Assembly: GCA_937863565.1 (NCBI GenBank)
Contig: CALMGJ010000030.1
Coordinates: 62,001-111,726, forward strand
Source: an uncultured bacterium
GTDB taxonomy: Bacteria > AUK180
Length of the DNA stretch: 49,726 nucleotides
Reading direction: 5' to 3'
Below the pieces are notes generated by a model. That model was not told where the DNA came from. It did no database searches and saw only the letters and a program-made list of their open reading frames with translations. Each line of letters begins with the position of its first letter. Position 1 is the stretch's first letter. Shown here piece by piece: positions 18,746 through 28,885 of this stretch. The position numbers were made by a program, and so were the translations under genes.

Positions 18746-19726
18746 ATGGGATTCGAAAAGAAGATAGTGATAATCGGCGAAACGCGCGGCTGCAAGATAC
18801 ATCATGTGACATATGAACTTACATCGAAGGCGGCCGAGCTGGCCGGAAAGATCAATGCCGAGGTCGTGACCCTCGTCTGCGGACATGAGATAGAGAAAGG
18901 CGACCTTGAGCGCCTCTTCAAGACCGGTGCTCACAGGGCGGTAGTTGTCGATTCCCCTGAACTGGTGCTCGTGAACGATGACCATTATCTGAGGGATATC
19001 GCGGATTTCATAAAAAGCGAAAAACCGGACATGGCGCTGGCGGGCGCAACGCCTTTCGGCCGCGCGCTTGTGCCTAAACTTGCCATTACGATCGATGCGG
19101 GGCTTACGGCGGATTGTACGGAACTCGGAATTGAAGAAGGAACGGGTCTTTTGCTGCAGACGCGTCCCGCTTTCGGCGGCAACCTCATGGCCACGATAAA
19201 AACGCCGGAGAAAAGGCCTCAGATGTCAACGGTCAGACCTAAGGTCTTCAAGATCAACGAAACATATGGCAATCCCGTGAATATCGTGAAGAAGGACCAC
19301 ATCCCTGGCAAGAGCAGGATCAAGATGCTGCAGACGGTGAAGGACCTTGAGCAGGTGATCAATATCGCCGAAGCGGATATCATCGTCTCCGGCGGAAGGG
19401 GTTTGGGAAGCAAGGAGAATTTTGCTCTGATATTCGAACTCGCATCGAAACTTAATGCTGCCGTCGGCGCTTCCAGAGCGGCCGTTGACGCCGGTTGGAT
19501 CGCGTATTCCCATCAGGTGGGACAGACCGGGACCACGGTCTCTCCAAAACTCTATATAGCCGTAGGCATATCCGGCATGATACAGCATCAGGTCGGAATG
19601 AAATCGGCGGACTGCATTGTAGCGATCAATAAGGACCCCGACGCCCCAATATTCAATATCGCCGATTTCGGCATAGTGGGAGATCTTTTCGACATCGTAC
19701 CTAAACTAAGTAAAATAATGGAATAA
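18746..19726 (+). CDS. etfA: Electron transfer flavoprotein alpha subunit
   Basis: GLTADCT, RPAFGGN, VSGGRG, GASRAAVDAGW, QVGQTG, GISG.IQH..GM, AINKDPDAPIF. Confidence 0.97.
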   Translation: MGFEKKIVIIGETRGCKIHHVTYELTSKAAELAGKINAEVVTLVCGHEIEKGDLERLFKTGAHRAVVVDSPELVLVNDDHYLRDIADFIKSEKPDMALAGATPFGRALVPKLAITIDAGLTADCTELGIEEGTGLLLQTRPAFGGNLMATIKTPEKRPQMSTVRPKVFKINETYGNPVNIVKKDHIPGKSRIKMLQTVKDLEQVINIAEADIIVSGGRGLGSKENFALIFELASKLNAAVGASRAAVDAGWIAYSHQVGQTGTTVSPKLYIAVGISGMIQHQVGMKSADCIVAINKDPDAPIFNIADFGIVGDLFDIVPKLSKIME

Positions 19727-19735
19727 AGACAAAAA

Positions 19736-22700
19736 GTGAAACTAAAGAAAATCATTCTGAAAGGCTTTAAATCATTCCCTAAGAAAACCGTCATAGACTG
19801 CAGGCAAGGCATCAATATCATCATCGGTCCCAATGGTTCCGGAAAATCCAATATCGTAGATGCGATCAGATGGACCATGGGCGAGAAAAAGGTTAAAAGC
19901 CTGCGCGGCAGCGAGATGCTTGACTTCATCTTCAAAGGCACGGAGAAGATCCCGGCTTCCGGTTATGCCGAAGTAGAGATGATATTCGACAACAGCAGTC
20001 GGACCCTCCGCATGGATGTGGATGATGTTTCCATCAAACGGATCTTCGACAGGGATTCCGAAGGCAAGTTCTACATCAACGACAAACGTTCGAGAGCCAA
20101 GGATATAATGGCGCTTTTCGGCGAAACAGGTTTCTCCTCCAACGGCTATGCTATAATCGAACAGGGCCAGGTTGAAAAATTCATATCATATTCGGCTCTT
20201 GAAAGAAGAGCGATATTTGAAGAAGCCGCCGGCGTGATGGCGGAGAAAGCTCAGAAAATAGACGTTGAAAAAAAGCTCATCGAGATCAATGAAAATCTCA
20301 ACCGGCTCACGGATCTGATGCTGGAAAAGGACAAGATACACGATCAGCTCAAAAGAGCCGTTGGCAAGTACGACAGGTATATCTCGGTGAAAGGCCAGCT
20401 CGACGGGAAAAAGAAACTCCATTTTGCCAAAAAGCATCTTCATTTCCTCAAAGAGATCGAGCAGTTCGACGAGAAAAAGAACCCTCTTTACATCGAAAAA
20501 TCGGAGATCGTGAAAAAGATCGCTGCCCTGGAAGTCGAATTGAACCGCACCGACGATGAGATCAAGAAATTCTGGAACTCTCACCAGGTGAAAATGGACG
20601 GCAAGCTCGGCCTTTCAGATGCTATCGGGAAGAAGGAGAAGGAGAAAACCGTTCTTGAAAGCGATATATCCGTTCGTGTCAACAGGATAAAAGAAGATGA
20701 AGGTCTTATCGGAGAAAATGAGGAAAAAGTAAAAAAATACGGGGAGATGCTCGAGGAATGGGAAAAACGCCGCACGATCCTTGTGGAGAACAATGAACGG
20801 ATAGGGGAAAATATCCGTTCGCTTGAGAAAGAGATCGGGAACGGTCAGAATGAACTTACTGAGTTGAAAGAGGAATATGTCGGGATCGAGAGCGAGTATA
20901 TCAATTTCACGGGAAAGATATCAGGTTCGGAGAACGAGAAAATAGAACTCTCGAGCGCCCGGTCCAATAACGACAACCAGATCATGCGGCTTCACGCCCG
21001 CCTTGAGTCGTTCGACGAGAGGATAAAAACTTACGCGGCTGATCTTTCCGATATAGACCGCGACATCGAAAGGGTTGGGAAAAAACTCGCCGACTTCAAT
21101 GCCGAAGACGAGAACATCAAGAACAATATTGCCGAACTCGAAAAAAGATTCAATGACCTGGCCGCTCAGTACGGAAAGATGTCCGTGGAATTCGAATCGT
21201 CGAAGGAAAGGATCAAGATGCTCGAAAACCTGCTTAATAATTACGAGGGCTATTCCGAGGGCATCAAGAACCTTATGGCGAAATATAAAAAAGGAGACGA
21301 TACGCTTTCCGGCATACACGATACCGTGGCCAATGTGATCAGTTACTCTTCCGAACACGCAACGGCTCTTGAAGTCGCTTTCGGGCAAACGCTCCAATAT
21401 CTCATCGTTGAGACCGAAGAGGATGCTAAAAAAGCCATTCAATACCTCAACAGGAGCCATGGCGGCAGGGTGACCTTCCTTCCTCTCACATCGGAGAAGG
21501 ACAATACGAAGAATTTCGACTTGCCCCTTTCTGGAGGTGTGATCGGAAGAGCCGAGGAATTGTATTCGGCTCAGGAGACCTATAAATCGGTGATCGATAA
21601 ATTCGTGCGCAATGTGATCATCGTGAAAGATATGGATTGCGCATCCCAGCTTAAGGATAAACTGCGCAACAGAACATATAAAATAGTCACGCTGAACGGG
21701 GAACTGTTCTATTCGGACGGCCGTATCGTCGGCGGGAAGAGAAAGGAAGAAAAGGGACTTCTCGTTCTTAAAGACCAGATGCAGACAGAACGGGATGCCC
21801 TGAAGGAAAAGGAAAAAGCCCTGAACGACCTCGAGCTTGAGCACAGGGATACGTTCTTCAACAAGGAGCAGGCGCAGAAAAAACTAGAGGAACGGCAGCA
21901 GCAGCGCGAGTTCATCCTTTCAGAGATGAGGAAGTTCAGCGATGACAGGATCACCATTGAATCCAATATAAAGAATATTAAGGATAATAAGAGCGTTGAG
22001 GAAGAAACGATCGCGATGCTGGAGAAGGATAATGAGAACATCCTCACCAAAATAGCGGAGCTCGACGGCGTACTGGAAAAAATCAAGGGAGATAATCAGG
22101 ACCTTAAGGAGAGATACGACCAGTACTCGGGAACGCTCATGAAACTCCAGGGCGCTATCAATGACAAGATGCTCGAAAAGAATAAATGCGAGAACGATCT
22201 CGGGATGAACAATAATGACCTTAAAAACATTCAGGACAACAGCATACATTATGAGGAACTCCGTTCCGCTGCCGTCTCCGATATAGAGTATTATAAAAAG
22301 GAGATAGCAGAGTGCCGGAAAGCTATTGAATTAAACAGTAAAAAGAACGCTGAACTGACAGCGGAGATAACCGAGCTCACCGGCCGTCTGAATTCGTTCA
22401 ACGAAGAAATAGAGAAGTATTCGGCGGATATAGAGAAAGAGGAGAACAACAGGAAAAAACTCAAAGAAGAAGTGGAAAGCCGGGAGATCCGTCTTGGAGA
22501 GATAGAGTCACTTCTTGCCGATTCGCAGAGTTTGAAGAACGAGCTGAACGTCCAGGCGCAACTTTTCGAACAGCATCTGAGGGAACTTCTGCTTCCTGAA
22601 GAACCGTTCGAGGATATCATTAAAAGCGCCATAGAGGATCAAACGGTCCCTGAAGAACTGGAGAATGAAGTAAAAACCCTAACGGAAAAAATAGAACGAA

Positions 22701-23299
22701 TGGGGCCGATCAATTTCGAAGCGAAGGAAGAATTCGACAAGTTCACCGAGGAATACGAACTTCTCAAGGCGAATGTGAACGATATCATCGAGAGCAAGAA
22801 ACGCCTTGAAGAGATCATCGAAAAGGTCAATACCGAGATCTGCGAAAAACTCACAGAAACGATACAGAATATAAACGTGTTCTTCTCGCAGACCTTCCAG
22901 GAGATATTCGAGGGGGGCGATGCGAAGGTAGTGATGACCGATCCGGCCAATCCGCTCGAAACCGGCATCGATATCGAAGTGCGTCTTCCCGGGAAGAACA
23001 TAAGCACGAGAACCCTGTTCTCCGGCGGGGAAAAGGCGCTTGTCACCGCAGCGCTTCTTTTCGCGATCTTCCTGCAGAACCCTACGCCTCTGTGCGTTCT
23101 TGACGAGATGGACGCGCCGCTGGATGAGGTCAATATCATGAAATTCTTCAATATGATCAAGAAATTTTCCGAGAATATCCAGTTCATTGTTGTCACGCAC
23201 AATAAGAAAAGCATGGAGTTTGCGGATGTTATGTACGGCGTGACCATGGAGGAAAAAGGTGTTTCCAAGGTAATGTCGGTGGAGTTCAAAGGCGCCTGA
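19736..23299 (+). CDS. smc: Chromosome segregation protein SMC
   Basis: GFKSF, GPNGSGKSN, hinge GRVTFLPL, FSGGEK signature, LDEMDAPLD, long coiled coils. Confidence 0.98.
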   Translation: MKLKKIILKGFKSFPKKTVIDCRQGINIIIGPNGSGKSNIVDAIRWTMGEKKVKSLRGSEMLDFIFKGTEKIPASGYAEVEMIFDNSSRTLRMDVDDVSIKRIFDRDSEGKFYINDKRSRAKDIMALFGETGFSSNGYAIIEQGQVEKFISYSALERRAIFEEAAGVMAEKAQKIDVEKKLIEINENLNRLTDLMLEKDKIHDQLKRAVGKYDRYISVKGQLDGKKKLHFAKKHLHFLKEIEQFDEKKNPLYIEKSEIVKKIAALEVELNRTDDEIKKFWNSHQVKMDGKLGLSDAIGKKEKEKTVLESDISVRVNRIKEDEGLIGENEEKVKKYGEMLEEWEKRRTILVENNERIGENIRSLEKEIGNGQNELTELKEEYVGIESEYINFTGKISGSENEKIELSSARSNNDNQIMRLHARLESFDERIKTYAADLSDIDRDIERVGKKLADFNAEDENIKNNIAELEKRFNDLAAQYGKMSVEFESSKERIKMLENLLNNYEGYSEGIKNLMAKYKKGDDTLSGIHDTVANVISYSSEHATALEVAFGQTLQYLIVETEEDAKKAIQYLNRSHGGRVTFLPLTSEKDNTKNFDLPLSGGVIGRAEELYSAQETYKSVIDKFVRNVIIVKDMDCASQLKDKLRNRTYKIVTLNGELFYSDGRIVGGKRKEEKGLLVLKDQMQTERDALKEKEKALNDLELEHRDTFFNKEQAQKKLEERQQQREFILSEMRKFSDDRITIESNIKNIKDNKSVEEETIAMLEKDNENILTKIAELDGVLEKIKGDNQDLKERYDQYSGTLMKLQGAINDKMLEKNKCENDLGMNNNDLKNIQDNSIHYEELRSAAVSDIEYYKKEIAECRKAIELNSKKNAELTAEITELTGRLNSFNEEIEKYSADIEKEENNRKKLKEEVESREIRLGEIESLLADSQSLKNELNVQAQLFEQHLRELLLPEEPFEDIIKSAIEDQTVPEELENEVKTLTEKIERMGPINFEAKEEFDKFTEEYELLKANVNDIIESKKRLEEIIEKVNTEICEKLTETIQNINVFFSQTFQEIFEGGDAKVVMTDPANPLETGIDIEVRLPGKNISTRTLFSGGEKALVTAALLFAIFLQNPTPLCVLDEMDAPLDEVNIMKFFNMIKKFSENIQFIVVTHNKKSMEFADVMYGVTMEEKGVSKVMSVEFKGA

Positions 23300-23300
23300 A

Positions 23301-24218
23301 ATGGGATTCTTCGATTTTTTCAAAGGCATATTCAGGAAGAAGGAAAAACCGACACCATCCCGTGAAAGCATCATTGCCTCGAAATTGAAATCGATATTCA
23401 GGGAGGGCCGGAAGGACCCGCTTCGTGAGGCGGAAAGGATACTGATAGAAGCTGATACGGGAATAGACGTAACGCTTGAACTTCTGGAGAATATCTCAAA
23501 AGACCGCGCATACCTGAAGGATTACGAAGCGCTTGAAACGGCTCTGAAACGCGAAATACGCACCGCTCTTTCCGGCTCGGAGAAGGGCCTTTCATACGGA
23601 CCGGGTAAAAGCATCATTCTTGTCTGCGGCGTGAACGGGACGGGTAAGACGACAACCTGCGCGAAATTGGCGCTTCTTTTGAAGAACAGAGGAGAAAAAC
23701 CTGCGCTGGCTGCGGCGGATACGTACCGCGCAGCTGCGGGGGAACAGCTTGATATTTGGGCTCAGAGGATAAGCGTACGTCTTTACAGGCAGGACGCCGG
23801 CGCCGATCCGGCAAGCGTGGTTTTCGACGCAGTTACATCCTTTCAAAAAAATCCGGACCACAACTGCCTCATCATCGATACCGGCGGCAGGCTTCACAAT
23901 AATGAAAATCTGCTCCATCAGCTTGAAAAGATCAGAAAAGTAATCCACAAAGCCTCCGGTTCATTTCCCGCGGAGAGTCTTCTCATTCTCGACGGCAATA
24001 CCGGGCAGAATGCAGTGAACCAAACCGAGACTTTCATGAAGGTCTCGGAAACGACGGGGCTCATCGTAACGAAGATGGACGGAACCGCAAAGGCGGGGAT
24101 ACTCATAAATTTATATAAAAAATTCGGAATTCCGATCAAGTTCATAGGTACCGGCGAGAATGCCGGGGACCTGAAAGCCTTTTCGGTGAACGAATATATA
24201 GAAAGGATATTTTTCTAG
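23301..24218 (+). CDS. ftsY: Signal recognition particle receptor FtsY (no acidic A domain)
   Basis: GVNGTGKTTT, DTYRAAA, DTGGR, TKMDGTAKAG, PIKFIGTGE. Confidence 0.97.
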   Translation: MGFFDFFKGIFRKKEKPTPSRESIIASKLKSIFREGRKDPLREAERILIEADTGIDVTLELLENISKDRAYLKDYEALETALKREIRTALSGSEKGLSYGPGKSIILVCGVNGTGKTTTCAKLALLLKNRGEKPALAAADTYRAAAGEQLDIWAQRISVRLYRQDAGADPASVVFDAVTSFQKNPDHNCLIIDTGGRLHNNENLLHQLEKIRKVIHKASGSFPAESLLILDGNTGQNAVNQTETFMKVSETTGLIVTKMDGTAKAGILINLYKKFGIPIKFIGTGENAGDLKAFSVNEYIERIFF

Positions 24219-24227
24219 GAGATCTCG

Positions 24228-24629
24228 ATGGAAGAGAACAAAGAACATAAACTCGGAACGAAGGCCAAAATAAACTGGTCTTCAGTAGTGGTTTTCTTTC
24301 TGCTCGGATTCATGATCACCATGCCGGCGGTCATAATGAAACTCGTGCCATCCACAGGTTCGCGCATCATCAAGGTAGGCAATGAACTTCTGTTCTTGAA
24401 GGATCAGGATACGCTGATCCATGTTAAGGAGCAGAAGAACGAGCCTGTATTGTTCGATGTGATAACATCCCCGGACACTTCCGGCGTTACTTGTGAGCGG
24501 GCGGAGATGAGCTTTTCAGGGAACAGGATCTATGTGCTCAAGGACAACACCATAGATGTGTACAGAATGAACCCCAGATCAGGCCGATTCGAGTTCTATA
24601 AAACACTTGACGCAGAGAAGAAAAAATGA
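24228..24629 (+). CDS. Hypothetical single-pass membrane protein
   Basis: ORF with AGGAG RBS and one hydrophobic helix; operon-like spacing. Confidence 0.65.
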   Translation: MEENKEHKLGTKAKINWSSVVVFFLLGFMITMPAVIMKLVPSTGSRIIKVGNELLFLKDQDTLIHVKEQKNEPVLFDVITSPDTSGVTCERAEMSFSGNRIYVLKDNTIDVYRMNPRSGRFEFYKTLDAEKKK

Positions 24630-25282
24630 AAGAACGGGAAACATATCTTGAGTCGCTTTACGGCGACTATCTCAAACAGGGATATGAAGAGACATTCGCG
24701 CAGATCGAAAGAGGACCGGATCAGCATGCGGTGATAAATGATTATCTCGATTTCGCCGCTTACCTTTCCGAGAACGAATACATCGATGAATCTATCACAT
24801 TCCTCGAGAACGGACTTAAGTATGCCGAAAAGATGGAAAATCTTCCCGCCCAATCAGTGTTCCTCAACAATCTGGCTACAAATCTCACTTCCGATCCTGA
24901 AGAAAGCGAAACGGCCGGGCTTAGAAAGGCGCTTGAATATGCCCGTCGCGCCACAAAGATCAGGGAAAACCTCCCGGACAGGACCATCTACGTCAAAGCC
25001 CTCGGCCAGGAAGGTTACTGTAATTATCTTCTCGAGGATTTCGAAGAAGCGCTTTCTCTTTTCAATAAAGCGGAAAAGATCGCCCGTGAGAACGATGCGG
25101 GTAATGAACTGGGATGGGTGCTTTTCCACAAAGTGCTCTGCGTTATTGAAAGCGGGGACGACAGCATAGCGGACGAAGAGGTCATCGCGATACTGGAAGA
25201 AGCAAAAGATATCTTCAAGAATACGGATGATCAGGATGGCATAGATGAGATAAATGCACTGCTGAGTGAACTTCAAGAATAA
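24626..25282 (+). CDS. TPR-repeat protein
   Basis: TPR-like patterns (LNNLA...ALEYARRA; G.CNY.LEDFEEALSLFNKA); ATGA overlap with the upstream gene. Confidence 0.75.
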   Translation: MKERETYLESLYGDYLKQGYEETFAQIERGPDQHAVINDYLDFAAYLSENEYIDESITFLENGLKYAEKMENLPAQSVFLNNLATNLTSDPEESETAGLRKALEYARRATKIRENLPDRTIYVKALGQEGYCNYLLEDFEEALSLFNKAEKIARENDAGNELGWVLFHKVLCVIESGDDSIADEEVIAILEEAKDIFKNTDDQDGIDEINALLSELQE

Positions 25283-26714
25283 AGCGCTTCTTACGTTGAT
25301 ATTACTGCATTGCGCGTTGGCCGCCGCGCGTTCTCCATTCAGAGAAGGGCATCAATTAACATCCACTTTCGGGGAATACAGGGGCTCTTACTACCATATG
25401 GGTATCGACCTCATACCGGCAACCGAGGGAGATACGGCAGTACGCTCCGTTTCGGCAGGATATCTCTGGAGGATCAAAAGCCAACGCTATGGATACGGCA
25501 GATCGGTCTATATCAAAGGCGATGACGGCCTTACATATGTCTATGCTCATCTTGAGACCTATGCCCCGGTGCTTCTGGACGGGATCATGGTGCCGTACTG
25601 GAAAGAGAACGGCAAGGTCTATTTCGACCTTTACAGCGATTCATTCGGCATGGTCCGGTTCGAAGAAGGCGATCTTGTAGGGTATATGGGGCATTCGGGC
25701 ATTTCCGGAAAAGAGCATCTTCATTTCGAGATAAGAAAGAACGATACGCTGGCTGTGAACCCTCTTGCATACATCGAATGCGGGGATAATGCCGTTCCCG
25801 CCGGCTGCTCCTGGAGATTCGTATCCTACGGCGGTGAAAGATTCATATCCCTCGGGCTTTATGATCTTGCCGAAAGGGACAACAGGCTCGGTATATACAG
25901 GATAGAACTCAACGGTGAACTGTTCAAAAGGTTCGATGCAGTGGATTATTCAGAATACGGCAAAGGCAGATCGGTTTATGACAATGAACTGTCTTCATAC
26001 AGCTGTTACCGGTACAAGGTATCAATCGACACGGGCGCCAATACTATAGAAGCGTTCGATTATAAAGGCGGCAGCATAACGGTAGGTACTTTCATCCCGT
26101 ATGACATCTTCGTCGGCACGGATATCATCTGGTCGCCTCCGGACACTGCGCCTGTGCCCATCGCATATGCGTCCGGGATCAACGGTAAAAATCTTAAGAA
26201 AAGGATCCGCGTCATAGGTGCCGACGAAGGCATGTTCTGCTCCGTTTTTGAAAAGGACGGCGCGCTGCGCATTTCTGTCAAGCCGGAATTCCTCGGGAAC
26301 GAGAGCGTCAGCGTAAAGATAAAATTCAAAAAGAAAGAAGGCTTATATCGTAGAGCAGGAGGCCGCCTTTCGTATATACGCGTGAAGAAAGAGGAGATCG
26401 TGAAACTCGGAGGCGGTGAATACGTGATAATGAAGGATGCCATGAAACCCGCGATCAAAGCAGAAGAGGGGAAGATCACCGTTAGGGACGGCTTGAGCGG
26501 CATTGATATCTCTTCCATAACATTGAAAGCCGACGGAAGCTTCCTGATACCTGAACGCGACTTCAATATCAATGAATGGGGGGAACTTCAAATGTTCAAA
26601 AAGACTGAAGGGGAATTCCATATCCTGTGCGCAGATGAAGCCGGGAACAGAACGTGTAAAAAGATCGAAGGTCACTTCGTGAATTTCTTAACAGATCCCT
26701 TTTCGAAACCGTAA
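25266..26714 (+). CDS. Exported M23 family metallopeptidase
   Basis: STFGEYR...HMGIDL, YAHL and HLHFEIR zinc motifs; signal peptide. Confidence 0.9.
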   Translation: MNFKNKALLTLILLHCALAAARSPFREGHQLTSTFGEYRGSYYHMGIDLIPATEGDTAVRSVSAGYLWRIKSQRYGYGRSVYIKGDDGLTYVYAHLETYAPVLLDGIMVPYWKENGKVYFDLYSDSFGMVRFEEGDLVGYMGHSGISGKEHLHFEIRKNDTLAVNPLAYIECGDNAVPAGCSWRFVSYGGERFISLGLYDLAERDNRLGIYRIELNGELFKRFDAVDYSEYGKGRSVYDNELSSYSCYRYKVSIDTGANTIEAFDYKGGSITVGTFIPYDIFVGTDIIWSPPDTAPVPIAYASGINGKNLKKRIRVIGADEGMFCSVFEKDGALRISVKPEFLGNESVSVKIKFKKKEGLYRRAGGRLSYIRVKKEEIVKLGGGEYVIMKDAMKPAIKAEEGKITVRDGLSGIDISSITLKADGSFLIPERDFNINEWGELQMFKKTEGEFHILCADEAGNRTCKKIEGHFVNFLTDPFSKP

Positions 26715-27370
26715 TCTGAAATGATATTATTGTACTGATTCGCTCTGTCGAGCGATGTGTAAGGCCCCATTACGACGCTGTATCCGCCTTTCTTCTCTTC
26801 GATGAAGGCGGGGAAATGCTGTTTTACGACCTTTTTCTGGTAATCCACGGCGTCATCGAGGGATGTGAAATCCTTGAGGCTTACGATATAGAAATCAGGT
26901 ATGTTCTCAGGAAGTTTTAAAACGGTGATCTTTACTTTCGTGATGCCCTTGTTGAGATAACCGATCCTCTTTGCCGCTTCTTTTGAGAGATCGATGATCC
27001 TTCCGTGCACGTAAGGCCCGCGGTCGCGTATTACAACATTCATACTTTTGTCCAGTTCGAGGAATTCGACGAGGACTTCCGTGCCCAAAGGAAGGTATTT
27101 ATGCGCGGCGCACACTTCGTTCATATCGAAGGTCTCTCCTGACGCAGTCGGCTTGCCGTGGAAATCAGCGCCGTACCAGGAGGCGATACCCGTTTCGGTG
27201 TATCCGATCTTTGTGAACGAATAATCCCTTTTCTCCGGTTTCTTGATCGTATCCGGAACGGTAACGGCTTTCTCAGGAGCCTTCTCAACAGGAGTGTCGA
27301 TGAGATACCTGCCGCAAGAAGATAATAAGGAGCATGTGATCATGATGCAGGTTATCGCTTTAAGATCCAT
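26672..27370 (-). CDS. rlpA: Septal ring lytic transglycosylase RlpA family lipoprotein with SPOR domain
   Basis: Lipobox LSSC; GIASWYG..FHGKPTASGE, AAHKYLP, DRGPYVHGRIIDLS. Confidence 0.93.
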   Translation of the reverse strand: MDLKAITCIMITCSLLSSCGRYLIDTPVEKAPEKAVTVPDTIKKPEKRDYSFTKIGYTETGIASWYGADFHGKPTASGETFDMNEVCAAHKYLPLGTEVLVEFLELDKSMNVVIRDRGPYVHGRIIDLSKEAAKRIGYLNKGITKVKITVLKLPENIPDFYIVSLKDFTSLDDAVDYQKKVVKQHFPAFIEEKKGGYSVVMGPYTSLDRANQYNNIISDYGFEKGSVKKFTK

Positions 27371-27918
27371 TTCACACCTTCAAGTATATTCTCTGCAATG
27401 TGGTCCGGCTGCGTTTTCCATCCGTCCCTCTGAGCCTCATACTCTCCACGCCCGTACCCCGTGAGGACAAAGACCGTTTTAAGTCCTGTGTTTGCGCCGA
27501 AAAGAATATCGCGGTACCTGTCGCCTATGGTATAGGAGTTCGCAGTATCGATATCGAATATCTTGCCTGCCGTATCAAAAAGCCCTCTTCGGGGTTTTAT
27601 CGTGGGATGATCCTGCCGGTACCTGCCGATCTTGGCTTCCGGATGATAAACGGAATAAAGTGTAAGGTCGAAATAAGCCCCGTGTTCGCTGAACTCCTTG
27701 AGCATCCTTCTATGCGTTTTAAAAAGCGTCCTCTCGTCAAAATACCCTCTGGCAAGGCCAGCCTGATTCGAAGCGAGAATGGCGAGAATGCCGTGTCTGT
27801 TTAAAAGGCGCACAGCCTCAAAGGCTTCGGGGAAGATCCTGAGACGGGAGGGATGGTTGATGTATCCCATCTCCTCGTTCACGGTCCCGTCCCTGTCGAT
27901 GAAAACCGCTCTATCCAT
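27352..27918 (-). CDS. gmhB: D-glycero-D-manno-heptose 1,7-bisphosphate phosphatase (HAD IIIA)
   Basis: AVFIDRDGT, SNQAG, KP and IGDR..D motifs; in an LPS gene run. Confidence 0.88.
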   Translation of the reverse strand: MDRAVFIDRDGTVNEEMGYINHPSRLRIFPEAFEAVRLLNRHGILAILASNQAGLARGYFDERTLFKTHRRMLKEFSEHGAYFDLTLYSVYHPEAKIGRYRQDHPTIKPRRGLFDTAGKIFDIDTANSYTIGDRYRDILFGANTGLKTVFVLTGYGRGEYEAQRDGWKTQPDHIAENILEGVKWILKR

Positions 27919-28885
27919 TTTTCAGGTCCTGCATGATCCTATTATACACGGATTCGGGGGCTATGTCAAAAAGACAGCCATAGTGGCCGTACATGCAGGT
28001 CCTCTTGAAACAAGGGGAGCACGCCCTTTCCGAATAAAAGATAACGGCATTGCGGAGCGGGCCCGTCCAGACAGGCGTAGTGGAACCGAAGATGGCATAG
28101 ACCCTTGTGCCCACGGCGGAAGATACGTGCATCATCCCCGAATCGTTCGCGATCGTGAATTTGGCGTTCTTGAGGATCGAGAGCATATCGGACATCGAGG
28201 TCCTTCCAGTGAAATCGATCGCTCCTCCGGTCTTTCCGGAAAGTTCCTTTCCCGTTTCTTTTTCCGCTTTGCCTCCGAGGATGACCGGTTTCAGCCCGGT
28301 TCCGTCCCTGAGCGGATTAATGCAGTCGGCGTAATTATCCGTTCCCCACATCTTGGCGGGACCGTACGAAGCACCGGGAACTACCGCGAAATACGCGTCT
28401 TTCTCAAGCCCGAACTTTGCGCTGAACGAATCGTCGGTCCTGAACGAAGGATTCCTGGATACCGTCCTCATCCCCGCTTTTCCGAGAAGATCGAGATATG
28501 TGGAAGCAAGATGCCTCTTGCGGAAATCCTTTTCATGTATGTTGATGCCGCTTTTTATCATAAAGAAATTCTCGAGTGAAGAAAGTCCTGCAGTATTCCT
28601 TGTTTTCACGAAGAACGGCACGGTGGAGCGGAATGAAAAAGGGAGTACGAAAGCGATATCAACGGGTTCATGCTTCATCGAGAGTATGGCGGGAAGAGAA
28701 GCGTTCTTCTCTACGCTCACGATCTTGATATCGATGCCGTCCAGCATCGAGTAAAGATCGGCAACGACGGGCCTGGCGAAAACAGTGATCCGTTCCATGC
28801 CTTCCTGCATTGAAAGGCCGTATAGAAACGGAAGCGCCATTACGGCGTCGCCTATCCAATTCGGTGCCCTAACTATTGCATTCAT
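27911..28885 (-). CDS. waaF: Lipopolysaccharide heptosyltransferase II (GT9)
   Basis: RAPNWIGDAVM, PGASYGPAKMW, NDSGMMH, FGST.P.WTGP, CSPCFKRTC. Confidence 0.9.
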   Translation of the reverse strand: MNAIVRAPNWIGDAVMALPFLYGLSMQEGMERITVFARPVVADLYSMLDGIDIKIVSVEKNASLPAILSMKHEPVDIAFVLPFSFRSTVPFFVKTRNTAGLSSLENFFMIKSGINIHEKDFRKRHLASTYLDLLGKAGMRTVSRNPSFRTDDSFSAKFGLEKDAYFAVVPGASYGPAKMWGTDNYADCINPLRDGTGLKPVILGGKAEKETGKELSGKTGGAIDFTGRTSMSDMLSILKNAKFTIANDSGMMHVSSAVGTRVYAIFGSTTPVWTGPLRNAVIFYSERACSPCFKRTCMYGHYGCLFDIAPESVYNRIMQDLKNG

